From NCBI GenBank assembly GCA_041234785.1, contig JBEROH010000025.1, positions 30,444 to 94,443 of the forward strand: 64,000 nt of DNA, read 5' to 3'. The DNA comes from Candidatus Actinomarina sp. Lineage in GTDB: Bacteria; Actinomycetota; Acidimicrobiia; Actinomarinales; Actinomarinaceae. The notes beneath the pieces were generated by a model. The model made no database searches. It was not told the DNA's origin and was given only the letters and a program-made list of their open reading frames with translations. Of this stretch, positions 29,668-39,389 are shown piece by piece. How positions within the stretch are numbered: the first letter of the stretch is position 1; each line of letters opens with the position of its first letter. Made by a program: the position numbers and the translations under genes.

Positions 29668-30753
29668 TTAAAAGTTCGAAAGCTCAATTATAGGTATCTT
29701 AAGTTCTTGATCTGAAATCCCCCCATGATAAGCTGCAAGCTCTGTTTTAAGGTGTGAGGGGTATACAATGTGTTGGTCTTCAACTAAAAAACAGTAGTCA
29801 GGAAAGAGGTCCTTTACAAAATTAGTTTTTGGTTTACCCAATAGAGAAGTTAATTCATTTGAATTTAAAAGAGTTCCTGGAATATTTCTGAATGTATATA
29901 ATACATCATCTTTACTTCCGTTAATATAAACTGCTCTCTGGTCGCCATAGATATTTAATTTTTCATCATTCAAATGGTGTCTCTTATTTTTATCAATATT
30001 GACCAAGCCATGGTCTGCAGAGATAACAGTGCAGGTTTTTTTATTGCTAGTCTCAACCAATTTCCATATAAAAGTTTCAAATTCCCTTACTTCTTTATTC
30101 CACTCTATACTTCCAACTCCAAATACATGGGCTGCTACATCTATATTTGGGTAATAAACAAAATTAAAACGGTTTTCTAGTATTGAAGGGTCGCTGAGAA
30201 AATCAAGAAGATGGTAAGTATCCTCATATCCTAAAGTCATTGATTTTTCATACAATAAATTAGAAAGCCTAGAGTTAACTAAATTTTTTGGTTGAAAATT
30301 AGAAACGAATAAAGAATTTTTTTTAAATTGTTTCCAAATAGTATTTTGATTTTCAAAATGTTTCCCATGCGAAAAATTACTTTTTTCATCTTTCCAATTC
30401 AAAGCGTTCATTAATGAATTTTTTTTTCTATCAAACAAGTAGTATCCAAGAATTCCATGTTCAATCGGATTTGCATTAAACGCAATGGTACTTAAGGCAA
30501 CATTTGTAGAAGTTGGAAATGTTGAGTTTATTTTTCCTGTTACAAATTTTTTTAATTTTGATTCTGTTGAAATTAAATTTTCATAGCCTAGTCCATCGGC
30601 TAGTACAAAATTTACAGTTTCAGCTTCATAAAATTTATTGTTTAATAAATTTTGTGAAATATTTGAATTGTTCTTGTCTAATAATATAAAATTAAAAATT
30701 TCATTTGTGAGATCTAAGAGATTGGGTTCATTTAAAAAATTTGAATTTATCAT
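29668..30753 (-). CDS. Alkaline-phosphatase-superfamily protein (nucleotide pyrophosphatase/phosphodiesterase-like)
   Basis: 361 aa. N-terminal metal-ligand region VLADGLGYENL and a later ISADHG-like region fit type I phosphodiesterase / PglZ-like AlkP-core folds. Confidence 0.5.
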   Translation of the reverse strand: MINSNFLNEPNLLDLTNEIFNFILLDKNNSNISQNLLNNKFYEAETVNFVLADGLGYENLISTESKLKKFVTGKINSTFPTSTNVALSTIAFNANPIEHGILGYYLFDRKKNSLMNALNWKDEKSNFSHGKHFENQNTIWKQFKKNSLFVSNFQPKNLVNSRLSNLLYEKSMTLGYEDTYHLLDFLSDPSILENRFNFVYYPNIDVAAHVFGVGSIEWNKEVREFETFIWKLVETSNKKTCTVISADHGLVNIDKNKRHHLNDEKLNIYGDQRAVYINGSKDDVLYTFRNIPGTLLNSNELTSLLGKPKTNFVKDLFPDYCFLVEDQHIVYPSHLKTELAAYHGGISDQELKIPIIELSNF

Positions 30754-30832
30754 CTATAAAAATCTTACAAAAAATTACACTGAAGTTTGAGAAAAAACTA
30801 AACTTTTTAATGGCTGGACTAAAGTATAAAGT

Positions 30833-31198
30833 ATGATTTCTTATTTTCAAGATTACGTAACAATAGGAGCGGTCCTAGGTTTTGGCATATTTTTTATGCT
30901 CTTTTTAGTTGGCATTGCTTCAATTTTAAGACCCGATAAACCTTATGCTGAAAAGCTTGAAACTTATGAATGTGGAGTAGACCCAGTTGGAACTGGTTGG
31001 AGTCAAACTTATGTTAGATATTATATTTTTGGTTTACTATTTGTAATTTTTGATGTTGAAGCAGTTTTTATTTTCCCTTGGGCGATTAATTTAGAGAAAC
31101 TTGGATATTTTGGATTAGTTGAGATGTTTATATTTGTATTTATTTTACTGATTGGTCTTCTTTATGCGATTAGAAAGGATGTTCTTAAATGGGAGTAG
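30833..31198 (+). CDS. nuoA2: Complex I subunit A, second (11-subunit) operon
   Basis: 121 aa, 3 TM segments, YECG motif. Confidence 0.85.
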   Translation: MISYFQDYVTIGAVLGFGIFFMLFLVGIASILRPDKPYAEKLETYECGVDPVGTGWSQTYVRYYIFGLLFVIFDVEAVFIFPWAINLEKLGYFGLVEMFIFVFILLIGLLYAIRKDVLKWE

Positions 31199-31686
31199 TC
31201 GATAAATTTGGATTACCAAAACCTATATCTACTGTATTTAATTGGGCAAGGTCATACTCACTTTGGTATTTTCAGTTTGGATTAGCATGTTGTGCTATTG
31301 AGGTTATGGCAGTTAGTGGACCAAGACATGATTTTATGAGATTAGGCATTATTCCATTACCAGCATCTCCGAGACAGGCTGATTTAATGATAGTTGCTGG
31401 AACTGTAACTGATAAAATGGCACCATCGGTTAAAAGGCTTTATGACCAAATGCCTGAACCAAAATATGTAATTTCAATGGGATCTTGTTCTAATAGCGGA
31501 GGACCGTATTGGGATTCATATTCGGTAACCAAAGGAGTTGATCAATTAATCCCAGTAGATGTTTATGTACCAGGCTGCCCACCAAGACCAGAAGCATTGC
31601 AAGAAGGAATTATACTTCTTCAAAAGAAAATTAGAGGTGAGAACATGAAAGAAAAGTGGGAGCAAAAACAAGTTGAGCCAATTTAA
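31189..31686 (+). CDS. nuoB2: Complex I subunit B, second operon
   Basis: [22 protein letters not shown]2-cluster motifs. Confidence 0.9.
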   Translation: MGVVDKFGLPKPISTVFNWARSYSLWYFQFGLACCAIEVMAVSGPRHDFMRLGIIPLPASPRQADLMIVAGTVTDKMAPSVKRLYDQMPEPKYVISMGSCSNSGGPYWDSYSVTKGVDQLIPVDVYVPGCPPRPEALQEGIILLQKKIRGENMKEKWEQKQVEPI

Positions 31687-31687
31687 G

Positions 31688-32260
31688 ATGGAAGAATTTT
31701 TAGAGTCAATAAAAAATAACTTTAAAGAAGTAACTTTTGATTTCCAGACTATAAGTATCAAAGTTGATTCTAATCAGTGGGTAGAAACCCATAAGTTGCT
31801 AAAAGAATCATTTCAACTAAATTTTTTTTCATGGCTTTCCGCAATTGATTGGGATAATGATGTTTCTGTTGGTGATGCTCCAAAAGAACAAGTGACTCCA
31901 AGTTTTGAAATTATCTCTTGTCTGTCTGACACTACGTCCAATAGACTATTAACTATTTCTACTCTTGTTCCAAAAACTGAGCCTACCGTCCCAACTCTTA
32001 CAGACATATTTGCTGGAGCAAATTGGCATGAGAGAGAAGCTTTCGAGATGTTTGGAATAACATTTGAAGGACATCCGAATTTAGAAAAATTGTATTTACC
32101 TGATGGATATGAAGGAAATCCAATGCTTAAATCATTTGAACTAATTAGTCGTGAAGTTAAACCTTGGCCGGGGGACGTAGACGTTGAAGGTATGCCAGAA
32201 GGCTCAGAAGACGATGAAAGCGCCGATGCTACAGAAAAATTAGAAAATGATAATAGTTAA
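31688..32260 (+). CDS. nuoC2: Complex I subunit C (30 kDa), second operon, with acidic C-terminal tail
   Basis: HEREAFEMFGI motif. ATG at 31688 follows the nuoB2 stop. The ORF track's TTG at 31673 overlaps nuoB2. C-terminus is DVDVEGMPEGSEDDESADATEKLENDNS. Confidence 0.8.
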   Translation: MEEFLESIKNNFKEVTFDFQTISIKVDSNQWVETHKLLKESFQLNFFSWLSAIDWDNDVSVGDAPKEQVTPSFEIISCLSDTTSNRLLTISTLVPKTEPTVPTLTDIFAGANWHEREAFEMFGITFEGHPNLEKLYLPDGYEGNPMLKSFELISREVKPWPGDVDVEGMPEGSEDDESADATEKLENDNS

Positions 32261-33458
32261 TATGGTTAATATTTTAGATCCTCAAGATATGAGAAATTAT
32301 TCAGAAGCTTCAGTTTCAATTGAAATTGAAACTGAAGACATGACTTTAAACATTGGCCCCCAACATCCATCTACACATGGGGTTCTAAGACTTGTTGCTA
32401 AGGTTGATGGAGAAAAAGTTTACAATGTAGAACCCGTATTAGGTTATATGCATAGAGGATATGAAAAACTTGCTGAAGTTAGAACCTATCCCCAAATTAC
32501 AACTTTAGTTAATAGAATTGACTGGGTTTCCGGATTCTCAAATGAAATACCTTTTATTGCTGGAGCTGAAAGGTTGATGGAAATAGAAGTGCCAGAAAGA
32601 GCAAAACATATAAGATTAATTCTTACTGAAATGGCAAGAATTTGCTCCCACTTTGTATTTAACGGTGCCTATCCACTAGAAATAGGAGCTTTAACTCCAA
32701 TTTTTTATGCCATGGAAGACAGGGAAAGGGTTCTTGATTTAATAGAGTCTGTTACAGGAGGAAGATTCCACCCAAACTTTAACAGAATTGGTGGCGTTAA
32801 ACCTGCTGCAGGAGCTGGACCTACAAGTAAAAAAAATATACAAGATTTACCTGCTGGTTTCTATAGAGACACAAAACTTGCTATGGAAAAAGTGATTGAA
32901 GCTGCAGACAAATTTCAAAATTTAATTGGTGGGAATGAAGTTTTTCAAAAAAGAACTAAAAAAGTAGGAATTCTGTCTAGAGAAACAGCCGAAGCATTTG
33001 GTGTTTCTGGACCTATACTTCGAGCATCTGGTGTTAAATATGATTTAAGAACATATACTGACTACTTACCATACGAAAAGTTTGATTTCGATATCCCTAT
33101 AGGGGAAAACGGTGATTGTTTTGACAGGTGGGATGTGAGAACGAAAGAAATGGTTGAGTCTGCAAAAATAGTACTCCAGGCAATTGATTCAATGCCATCT
33201 GGTCCGTTGCAAGCTAAAGTCCCTAAAGTAATAAAAGTTCCTCCTGGAAGAACATATGTAAGAGCTGAAAACCCTAAAGGTGAAATGGGATACTATATTG
33301 TCTCAGAGGGTGGCTTAGGGCCTTATAGACTTAAGGTAAGAACTGCCTCATTTAGTAATGTTTCAATCCTACCCGTAATGCTAGAGGGTGCTTTGCTCCC
33401 TGATTTAATAGCAATCATGGGAAGTCTTGATTTCGTGTTAGGAGATGTTGACCGATGA
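32247..33458 (+). CDS. nuoD2: Complex I subunit D (49 kDa), second operon
   Basis: 403 aa. GPQHPSTHGVLRL and a terminal DR. Carries Arg in MHRGYEK at the position equivalent to NDUFS2 Arg85. Alternative start ATG at 32262. Confidence 0.85.
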   Translation: MIIVNMVNILDPQDMRNYSEASVSIEIETEDMTLNIGPQHPSTHGVLRLVAKVDGEKVYNVEPVLGYMHRGYEKLAEVRTYPQITTLVNRIDWVSGFSNEIPFIAGAERLMEIEVPERAKHIRLILTEMARICSHFVFNGAYPLEIGALTPIFYAMEDRERVLDLIESVTGGRFHPNFNRIGGVKPAAGAGPTSKKNIQDLPAGFYRDTKLAMEKVIEAADKFQNLIGGNEVFQKRTKKVGILSRETAEAFGVSGPILRASGVKYDLRTYTDYLPYEKFDFDIPIGENGDCFDRWDVRTKEMVESAKIVLQAIDSMPSGPLQAKVPKVIKVPPGRTYVRAENPKGEMGYYIVSEGGLGPYRLKVRTASFSNVSILPVMLEGALLPDLIAIMGSLDFVLGDVDR

Positions 33459-34426
33459 GTGAAGTTTTAATTAAAGTTGGCTGGCTTGCTCTCGCCGCTC
33501 TTAATGGTGCTGTGATTTTCACAATTATGGACGTTAAAGGAGCTTCTTGGATGCAAAGAAGACCAGGACCACTTCACGTTGGATTAAGAGGGTTTATTTT
33601 TCCTTTAGCAGAGATTATTAAGTTTATCCAAAAAGAAGACATAATTCCAACAGAAGTTGATAGACCAGTATTTAAGTGGGCTCCCGCATATGTTGTGGTT
33701 TCTGCTGTATCGCTTTTTGCGATAGTTCCTTTGAGCCCCTCTTTGGTGATAGTTGATCTTGAATTAGGTGTATTTTTTGCCCTAGCTATTAGCTCACTTT
33801 CAACAATTGGCGTTCTTACCGCAGGTTGGTCTTCAGCAAATAAGTATTCTTTAATGGGAGGCTTAAGAGCTGCAGGTCAGCTAATCGCTTATGAGCTTCC
33901 ATTAATCCTTGCTGTTGTTGGTGTTGTTATTCAGGCTGAAACTATGTCATTAGTCGGCATTGTTGAAAAACAAATTGAGTGGGGAGTTCCGTTTATATTT
34001 AGTGGACAAATAATTGCTTTCTTAATATTTATGGTTGCAGCAACAGCAGAAATGATGAGAGTACCCTTTGATATGCCTATAGGTGAATCTGAACTAGTTA
34101 GTGGTTTCATGACGGAGTATTCAGGAATTAGGTTTTTAATATTTTATATATCTGAATATATGAATATGTTTATTATGTGTGCTATCGCATCTACTTTGTT
34201 TTTAGGTGGTTACCACATACCATTACTTCCAGTAGAATGGGTGAACTTTTATGGTCCAATTTCACTTTTAACAAAAACATTTATATTAGGATTTATACTT
34301 GTAGCAGTTAGATGGTCTTTTCCTAGATTTAGAGAAGATCAATTACAAAACTTAGCATGGAAGTTTCTTATTCCTGTTTCTTTGTTGAATATTTTAATCA
34401 CAGCTGTTATGAAAGTAGGGTTCTAG
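33455..34426 (+). CDS. nuoH2: Complex I subunit H, second operon
   Basis: 323 aa. [24 protein letters not shown] and [14 protein letters not shown] motifs. ATGA overlap with nuoD2. Confidence 0.9.
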   Translation: MSEVLIKVGWLALAALNGAVIFTIMDVKGASWMQRRPGPLHVGLRGFIFPLAEIIKFIQKEDIIPTEVDRPVFKWAPAYVVVSAVSLFAIVPLSPSLVIVDLELGVFFALAISSLSTIGVLTAGWSSANKYSLMGGLRAAGQLIAYELPLILAVVGVVIQAETMSLVGIVEKQIEWGVPFIFSGQIIAFLIFMVAATAEMMRVPFDMPIGESELVSGFMTEYSGIRFLIFYISEYMNMFIMCAIASTLFLGGYHIPLLPVEWVNFYGPISLLTKTFILGFILVAVRWSFPRFREDQLQNLAWKFLIPVSLLNILITAVMKVGF

Positions 34427-34467
34427 TGAAACGATTTAAAATAAAAATACCAGGATTTTTAATAGGA

Positions 34468-34911
34468 ATGAAAATTGTTGTCTTCAACATGTTTAAGACT
34501 TTGTCCCCATTTCACTCCAACCCAAATGTAAACTACCCTTTTGAAAAAGAAAAAGTTGCTCCAAGAGCTAGGGGTGTTATTGCCTTAGATCAAGAAGCTT
34601 GTACAAGCTGTATGCTTTGTGCACGCCAATGCCCAGATTGGTGTATCTATATTGAAGGCCATAAGGAACTACAACCACCTTCTAAACCTGGTGGAAGGCA
34701 AAGAAGTAGAGCTGTACTGGATAGATTTGATATTGACTATGCACTTTGCATGTACTGTGGAATATGTGTTGAAGTTTGTCCATTTGATGCTCTGTTTTGG
34801 TCCCCTGAGTATGAGTACTCAGAATTTAATATGGGCGATATGTTACATAACAAAGAAAGGCTTGATGATTGGTTGAAAACAGTCCCAGACCCTGAAGGGC
34901 TAGAAAGCTAA
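34468..34911 (+). CDS. nuoI2: Complex I subunit I (2x[4Fe-4S]), second operon; a divergent NdhI-like type
   Basis: [12 protein letters not shown] and [12 protein letters not shown] motifs. Start uncertain: candidates are GTG 34426 (overlapping the nuoH2 stop), ATG 34468 and ATG 34489. The ORF track's 34357 start overlaps nuoH2 by 70 nt. Confidence 0.7.
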   Translation: MKIVVFNMFKTLSPFHSNPNVNYPFEKEKVAPRARGVIALDQEACTSCMLCARQCPDWCIYIEGHKELQPPSKPGGRQRSRAVLDRFDIDYALCMYCGICVEVCPFDALFWSPEYEYSEFNMGDMLHNKERLDDWLKTVPDPEGLES

Positions 34912-34914
34912 TTA

Positions 34915-35433
34915 ATGGAAGTTTACGAAATTTTTACCTACTTTGTGCTTTTGTTATTAATTTCAACTGCTGTGAGAGTTGTAACCACCTCTAATGTTAT
35001 TCATGCTGCTATTTCACTTGTTTTTACACTTGCATTGACAGCAACATTGTTTTTAATATTATCTGCAGAGTTTGTTGCTCTAGTACTTGTTCTTGTATAC
35101 ATTGGAGCAGTAATTGTCTTGTTTTTGTTTGGAATTATGATAACAAGAGCTCCTTTGGGTAAAAATGCCGAACTTGATAATGATAAAAATAAAAAACTTG
35201 GGGCTATTATTGCTGGCTCAATTTTTATTCTATTTTCGTATATTTTAATTAATGGATTTGAAGGCGAGATTGCAATAAGTCAAGGGTCTTCCACTCAACT
35301 TCTTGGTGAGATCTTATTCACACGTTTTGTATTTCCATTTGAAATTGTATCTTTTGTACTTTTAGCAGCTTTAATTGGTGGCATTACTTTAGCCAGAAAA
35401 GACGAGTCTTTAATAAAAGAGGATCAAATATGA
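34915..35433 (+). CDS. nuoJ2: Complex I subunit J, second operon
   Basis: 172 aa hydrophobic ND6-like protein. Confidence 0.8.
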   Translation: MEVYEIFTYFVLLLLISTAVRVVTTSNVIHAAISLVFTLALTATLFLILSAEFVALVLVLVYIGAVIVLFLFGIMITRAPLGKNAELDNDKNKKLGAIIAGSIFILFSYILINGFEGEIAISQGSSTQLLGEILFTRFVFPFEIVSFVLLAALIGGITLARKDESLIKEDQI

Positions 35434-35735
35434 TAGTGCAACCAGTTTTAATTGTTGCAGCTGCTCTTTTTTCACTTGGGATTTATGGAATTTTAGTCAG
35501 AAGAAATGCTGTTATGGTTTTATTGTCTATTGAACTTATTTTAAATGCAGTCAATATAAATTTTATTCTTTTCGACACAATGCTTGCTGATTCTATGATG
35601 CAGGGTCAAATATTTACAATTTTTATTATTACTATAGCCGCAGCTGAGGTTGGAATTGGTCTAGCTATTGTTCTTATGCTTTTTAGAAATAGAAAAACTG
35701 CAAACATTAACGAATTTGATTTGATGAAATGGTAA
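35430..35735 (+). CDS. nuoK2: Complex I subunit K, second operon
   Basis: 101 aa, 3 TM segments (LNAVNINFIL...AAAEVGIGLAIV). Confidence 0.85.
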   Translation: MIVQPVLIVAAALFSLGIYGILVRRNAVMVLLSIELILNAVNINFILFDTMLADSMMQGQIFTIFIITIAAAEVGIGLAIVLMLFRNRKTANINEFDLMKW

Positions 35736-37744
35736 TTTTTAATATAAATTTTTTTGCTGAAGGTAAACCTGAGTATACAGATGGGGGACTATTAGCAGAG
35801 TTTACATGGCTTCTTGTGGTCTTACCTTTTATTGCAGCTTTACTTATTACTGTTGCTGGAAAATATTTACCATTTAAAGGATCTGAAATAGCATTGATAA
35901 CTATCTGTTTTATATTTTTTTATAGCATAGCTTTAATGTATTTACATATTACTGAAGGAATAGCTAGTGAATTTTTTATTAATGTAGGAAATATTGGCCA
36001 ATTTGAAATTGAGTTTGGGTGGGTTGTTGATGGTCTTTCAATCATGATGTATTTTGTGGTTGGAACTGTTGCAACTTTAGTTTTTGTTTATGCAGTAAAT
36101 TACATGGAAGGCGAAATTAGGTATACATTTTTCTTTACTTCGTTAACCCTATTTGTAGGGAGCATGTTAGTCCTTGTTTCTTCTCCTACATTAATCCAGA
36201 TACTTATTGGTTGGGAACTGGTTGGAGTGTGTTCGTACTTGTTGATTGGTCATTATTGGGAGAAAAAAGAAAATTCTTCAGCAGCAATTAAAGCATTTAT
36301 TACTAATAAAGTTGCAGATGTTGGATTAATGATTGGAATTATTATCTTAGCTTTAAATACAGGAACTCTAAGAATTTCAGAAATTCTTTATCAAGCTACT
36401 CATGATTATAAAGATATTAAAAATGTTGCTTTTGTTGCTGGGGTACTTTTGTTTATTGGAGCTATGGGTAAAAGCGCACAATTCCCTCTTCATGTATGGC
36501 TACCAGACGCAATGGCAGGTCCGACACCAGTTTCGGCATTAATGCATGCTGCAACCATGGTTACAGCGGGTGTATATTTACTTGCCAGGATGTTTCCTTT
36601 TTATGAAGCCATTGCCAAAGATGCCCTATATATAGTTATGGTTTTTGGAGTTATTACTTTAATATCCGCAGGACTTATTGCTGTCGTTCAAGATGACTTA
36701 AAAAAGGTTTTAGCATATTCAACAGTCAGTCAATTAGGTTATATGGTTGCTGCAATAGGTTCTGGAGCTTATACAGCTGCTCTTTTTCATCTTTGGACCC
36801 ATGCATTTTTTAAAGCATTATTATTTTTGGCTGCTGGTTCTGTAATACACTCTGTTCATAGCAATAGTATGTTACAGATGGGGGGTTTGCGTAAAGTGAT
36901 GCCAAAAACATTTTATACATTTATTATTGGCACGGTAGCGTTAGCAGGACTGCCACCTTTTGCAGGGTTTTTTTCAAAAGATGAAATTCTAGCTTCTCTC
37001 AACCATGAGGGTGAAACAGCATTTTTTGCAATAGCAGTACTTGGTGCTTTTATTACAGCTTTTTACATGACAAGAGCAGTTTCTCTGACATTTCTTGGTG
37101 ACTATAGAGGCCATGGACATCCACACGAATCACATGCTCTAATGACTACTCCTTTACTAATTCTATCTGCATTAGCTATTACATCAGGCTGGGTTAATAT
37201 TCCCGGAGTTTATACAGGGTTTACTAAATGGGTTACAACAAGAAGAACCCCAATTTTAGAGTATCATCCAGAAAGTTTCGATATGTTTGCATTAAGTTTG
37301 GGTTTAACAGCTGGAATATTAGGTATTGCAGCAGGTTACTACTTGTATCAATTGCAAGGTAGTGCTGAAACAGGTGATGACAAAATAAAAATACAACCCA
37401 TTTGGAATTTATTAGAAAATAAATATTATATTGATGAATTTTATTTTAAATTTATCATTGATCCAATTAAATTAACAATCTCCAAGATTATTGATCGTTT
37501 TAACACAAATGTATTAGATAGATTTGTTAATAGTTTTGGGATAGTAGCTTCAATATTTGGAAGTTTTGTATATAAAAGTTTAGATCAAAATGGTATTGAT
37601 AAGTTTTTAAACTTTTCTTCAAGCAGTACTGATAATTTTGGAGGAAGAGTTAAATTATTACAAACGGGTAGAACTCAGCAGTATTTAATGTTGTTTTTAG
37701 GTGGTGTAATAGCAATTAGTTTATTAATTTTATTTATTATATAG
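35729..37744 (+). CDS. nuoL2: Complex I subunit L (antiporter-like with long horizontal helix), second operon
   Basis: 671 aa. WLPDAMAGPTPVSALMHAATMVTAGV motif. Confidence 0.9.
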   Translation: MVIFNINFFAEGKPEYTDGGLLAEFTWLLVVLPFIAALLITVAGKYLPFKGSEIALITICFIFFYSIALMYLHITEGIASEFFINVGNIGQFEIEFGWVVDGLSIMMYFVVGTVATLVFVYAVNYMEGEIRYTFFFTSLTLFVGSMLVLVSSPTLIQILIGWELVGVCSYLLIGHYWEKKENSSAAIKAFITNKVADVGLMIGIIILALNTGTLRISEILYQATHDYKDIKNVAFVAGVLLFIGAMGKSAQFPLHVWLPDAMAGPTPVSALMHAATMVTAGVYLLARMFPFYEAIAKDALYIVMVFGVITLISAGLIAVVQDDLKKVLAYSTVSQLGYMVAAIGSGAYTAALFHLWTHAFFKALLFLAAGSVIHSVHSNSMLQMGGLRKVMPKTFYTFIIGTVALAGLPPFAGFFSKDEILASLNHEGETAFFAIAVLGAFITAFYMTRAVSLTFLGDYRGHGHPHESHALMTTPLLILSALAITSGWVNIPGVYTGFTKWVTTRRTPILEYHPESFDMFALSLGLTAGILGIAAGYYLYQLQGSAETGDDKIKIQPIWNLLENKYYIDEFYFKFIIDPIKLTISKIIDRFNTNVLDRFVNSFGIVASIFGSFVYKSLDQNGIDKFLNFSSSSTDNFGGRVKLLQTGRTQQYLMLFLGGVIAISLLILFII

Positions 37745-37752
37745 GAGGAAAA

Positions 37753-39321
37753 GTGGAATTATTATCTAACGGTTTAGGGTTGTCAGCGGTTGTATTTTTA
37801 CCGTTGGTGAGTGCATTAATAGTAGTTCTCATTCCTAAAAGTAAGGAAGGACTTATTAAGTGGTTTACACTAGCATCTTCTTTAGTGACTTTTGGTTTGA
37901 GTATTTTGTTGCTATTACTTTTTGATTTTTCAAATGCACATATTCTTCAACTAGGAAACAAAATTTCTTGGATTAAAAGTATAAATGCCAATTATGAAAT
38001 TGGAATTGATGGAATATCTCTTCCGTTATTAGTACTTTCAACATTTATTACTGTTTTAGCTGTCATATATTCAATAGAACATTTACCAGAGCCTAAAAGT
38101 CCAAAAGGTTTCATGGCACTTATTCTTGTTCTAGAAACAGGTATGAATGGTACATTTGTAGCATTAGATTTAATTTTATTTTTTGTATTTTTTGAAATAG
38201 TTTTACTTCCTATGTATTTTATGATTGGAATTTGGGGTGATAAAACTATTAGAACTGTTGCGGGGTTTAAAAATCAAATTGAAACTCGACTTTATGCAAG
38301 TATAAAGTTCTTTGTATTTACTCTTTTTGGATCTGCGTTCATGCTTTTAGGATTTCTTGGCTTGTACTACAGGGGAAATAAAACCTTTAGTATTCCAGAA
38401 TTAATTGAATTAGGTAGCTCAGGAGCTTTTACTGGAACTTTTGCAACCTTAGTGTTTTCTGTTTTATTTTTAGGTTTTGCTGTAAAAGTCCCCATGTGGC
38501 CGCTCCACACATGGTTACCTGATGCACATACTGCAGCTCCTACAGTGGGTTCAGTTTTATTAGCTGCAATACTATTAAAACTAGGTTCTTATGGATTTAT
38601 TAGAATCGCAATTCCTATATTGCCTGATCAAGCAAAAGCTTGGGCACCAGCAATCGCAATACTTTCAGCAATCGGTATTATTTATGGTTCTCTAGCTTGC
38701 TTAGCCCAAACGGATCTTAAAAGACTTATTGCTTTTTCTTCCGTTGGACATATGGGTTTTGTAATGTTGGGTATAGCAACACTGACCCCAATTGGAATTA
38801 ATGCAGCGATTATAGGAATGGTTGCCCATGGTGTTATTACAGGTCTCTTGTTTTTTATTTCTGGATCAATGGCTCATACGTATCACACTCGAGATATGGA
38901 AAGACTAGGGGGGAATATGAAATTACTTCCCAAAACTGGTGCTTTGTTAGGTTTTACTGCAATGGCTTCCCTTGGCCTTCCTGGACTAGCAGGATTTTGG
39001 GGAGAATTTATGGCATTACTTGGAGCTTTTAATCCTTTGCCAGGTTTAAACATTACTATTTTTAGATCATCTATGGTTGCAGGTGCTATTGGTACCGTTC
39101 TAACAGCAGGATATCTATTGTGGATGCTACAAAGAGTAAATTTAGGCGAACCTTCAGATGAGTGGAATAGCGAAGAATTACATGACGCCGATAAATACGA
39201 ACTTGCTGCGTGGATACCATTAGTCATCCTAACGGTTTTAATTGGAGTATTTCCGAAATTGATTTTTGGTGCAACAAATGATGCAGTAGTTAGCTTACTT
39301 TCCAAAGCATTCGGAGGTTAA
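37753..39321 (+). CDS. nuoM2: Complex I subunit M, second operon
   Basis: 522 aa. HTWLPDAHTAAPTVGSVLLAAILLK motif. GTG start 10 nt after RBS AGGAGG. Confidence 0.9.
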   Translation: MELLSNGLGLSAVVFLPLVSALIVVLIPKSKEGLIKWFTLASSLVTFGLSILLLLLFDFSNAHILQLGNKISWIKSINANYEIGIDGISLPLLVLSTFITVLAVIYSIEHLPEPKSPKGFMALILVLETGMNGTFVALDLILFFVFFEIVLLPMYFMIGIWGDKTIRTVAGFKNQIETRLYASIKFFVFTLFGSAFMLLGFLGLYYRGNKTFSIPELIELGSSGAFTGTFATLVFSVLFLGFAVKVPMWPLHTWLPDAHTAAPTVGSVLLAAILLKLGSYGFIRIAIPILPDQAKAWAPAIAILSAIGIIYGSLACLAQTDLKRLIAFSSVGHMGFVMLGIATLTPIGINAAIIGMVAHGVITGLLFFISGSMAHTYHTRDMERLGGNMKLLPKTGALLGFTAMASLGLPGLAGFWGEFMALLGAFNPLPGLNITIFRSSMVAGAIGTVLTAGYLLWMLQRVNLGEPSDEWNSEELHDADKYELAAWIPLVILTVLIGVFPKLIFGATNDAVVSLLSKAFGG

Positions 39322-39389
39322 AAATTAATATTAATTATTTTGCAATTTCTACTGAATTAATAGTTATCTTTACTATTGTTGGTACGCTT

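Noticed and set aside
32241-32262. Fur-box-like AAAATGATAATAGTTAAT at the nuoC2/nuoD2 junction
   Set aside because: It lies inside coding sequence at a gene overlap, with no promoter context. It is most likely fortuitous.
34619-34876. Alternative-frame ORFs 34619..34876 and 40735..40956 on the + strand
   Set aside because: They are embedded in or overlapping nuoI2 and the nuoN2/MidA junction in a different frame, with no independent support.
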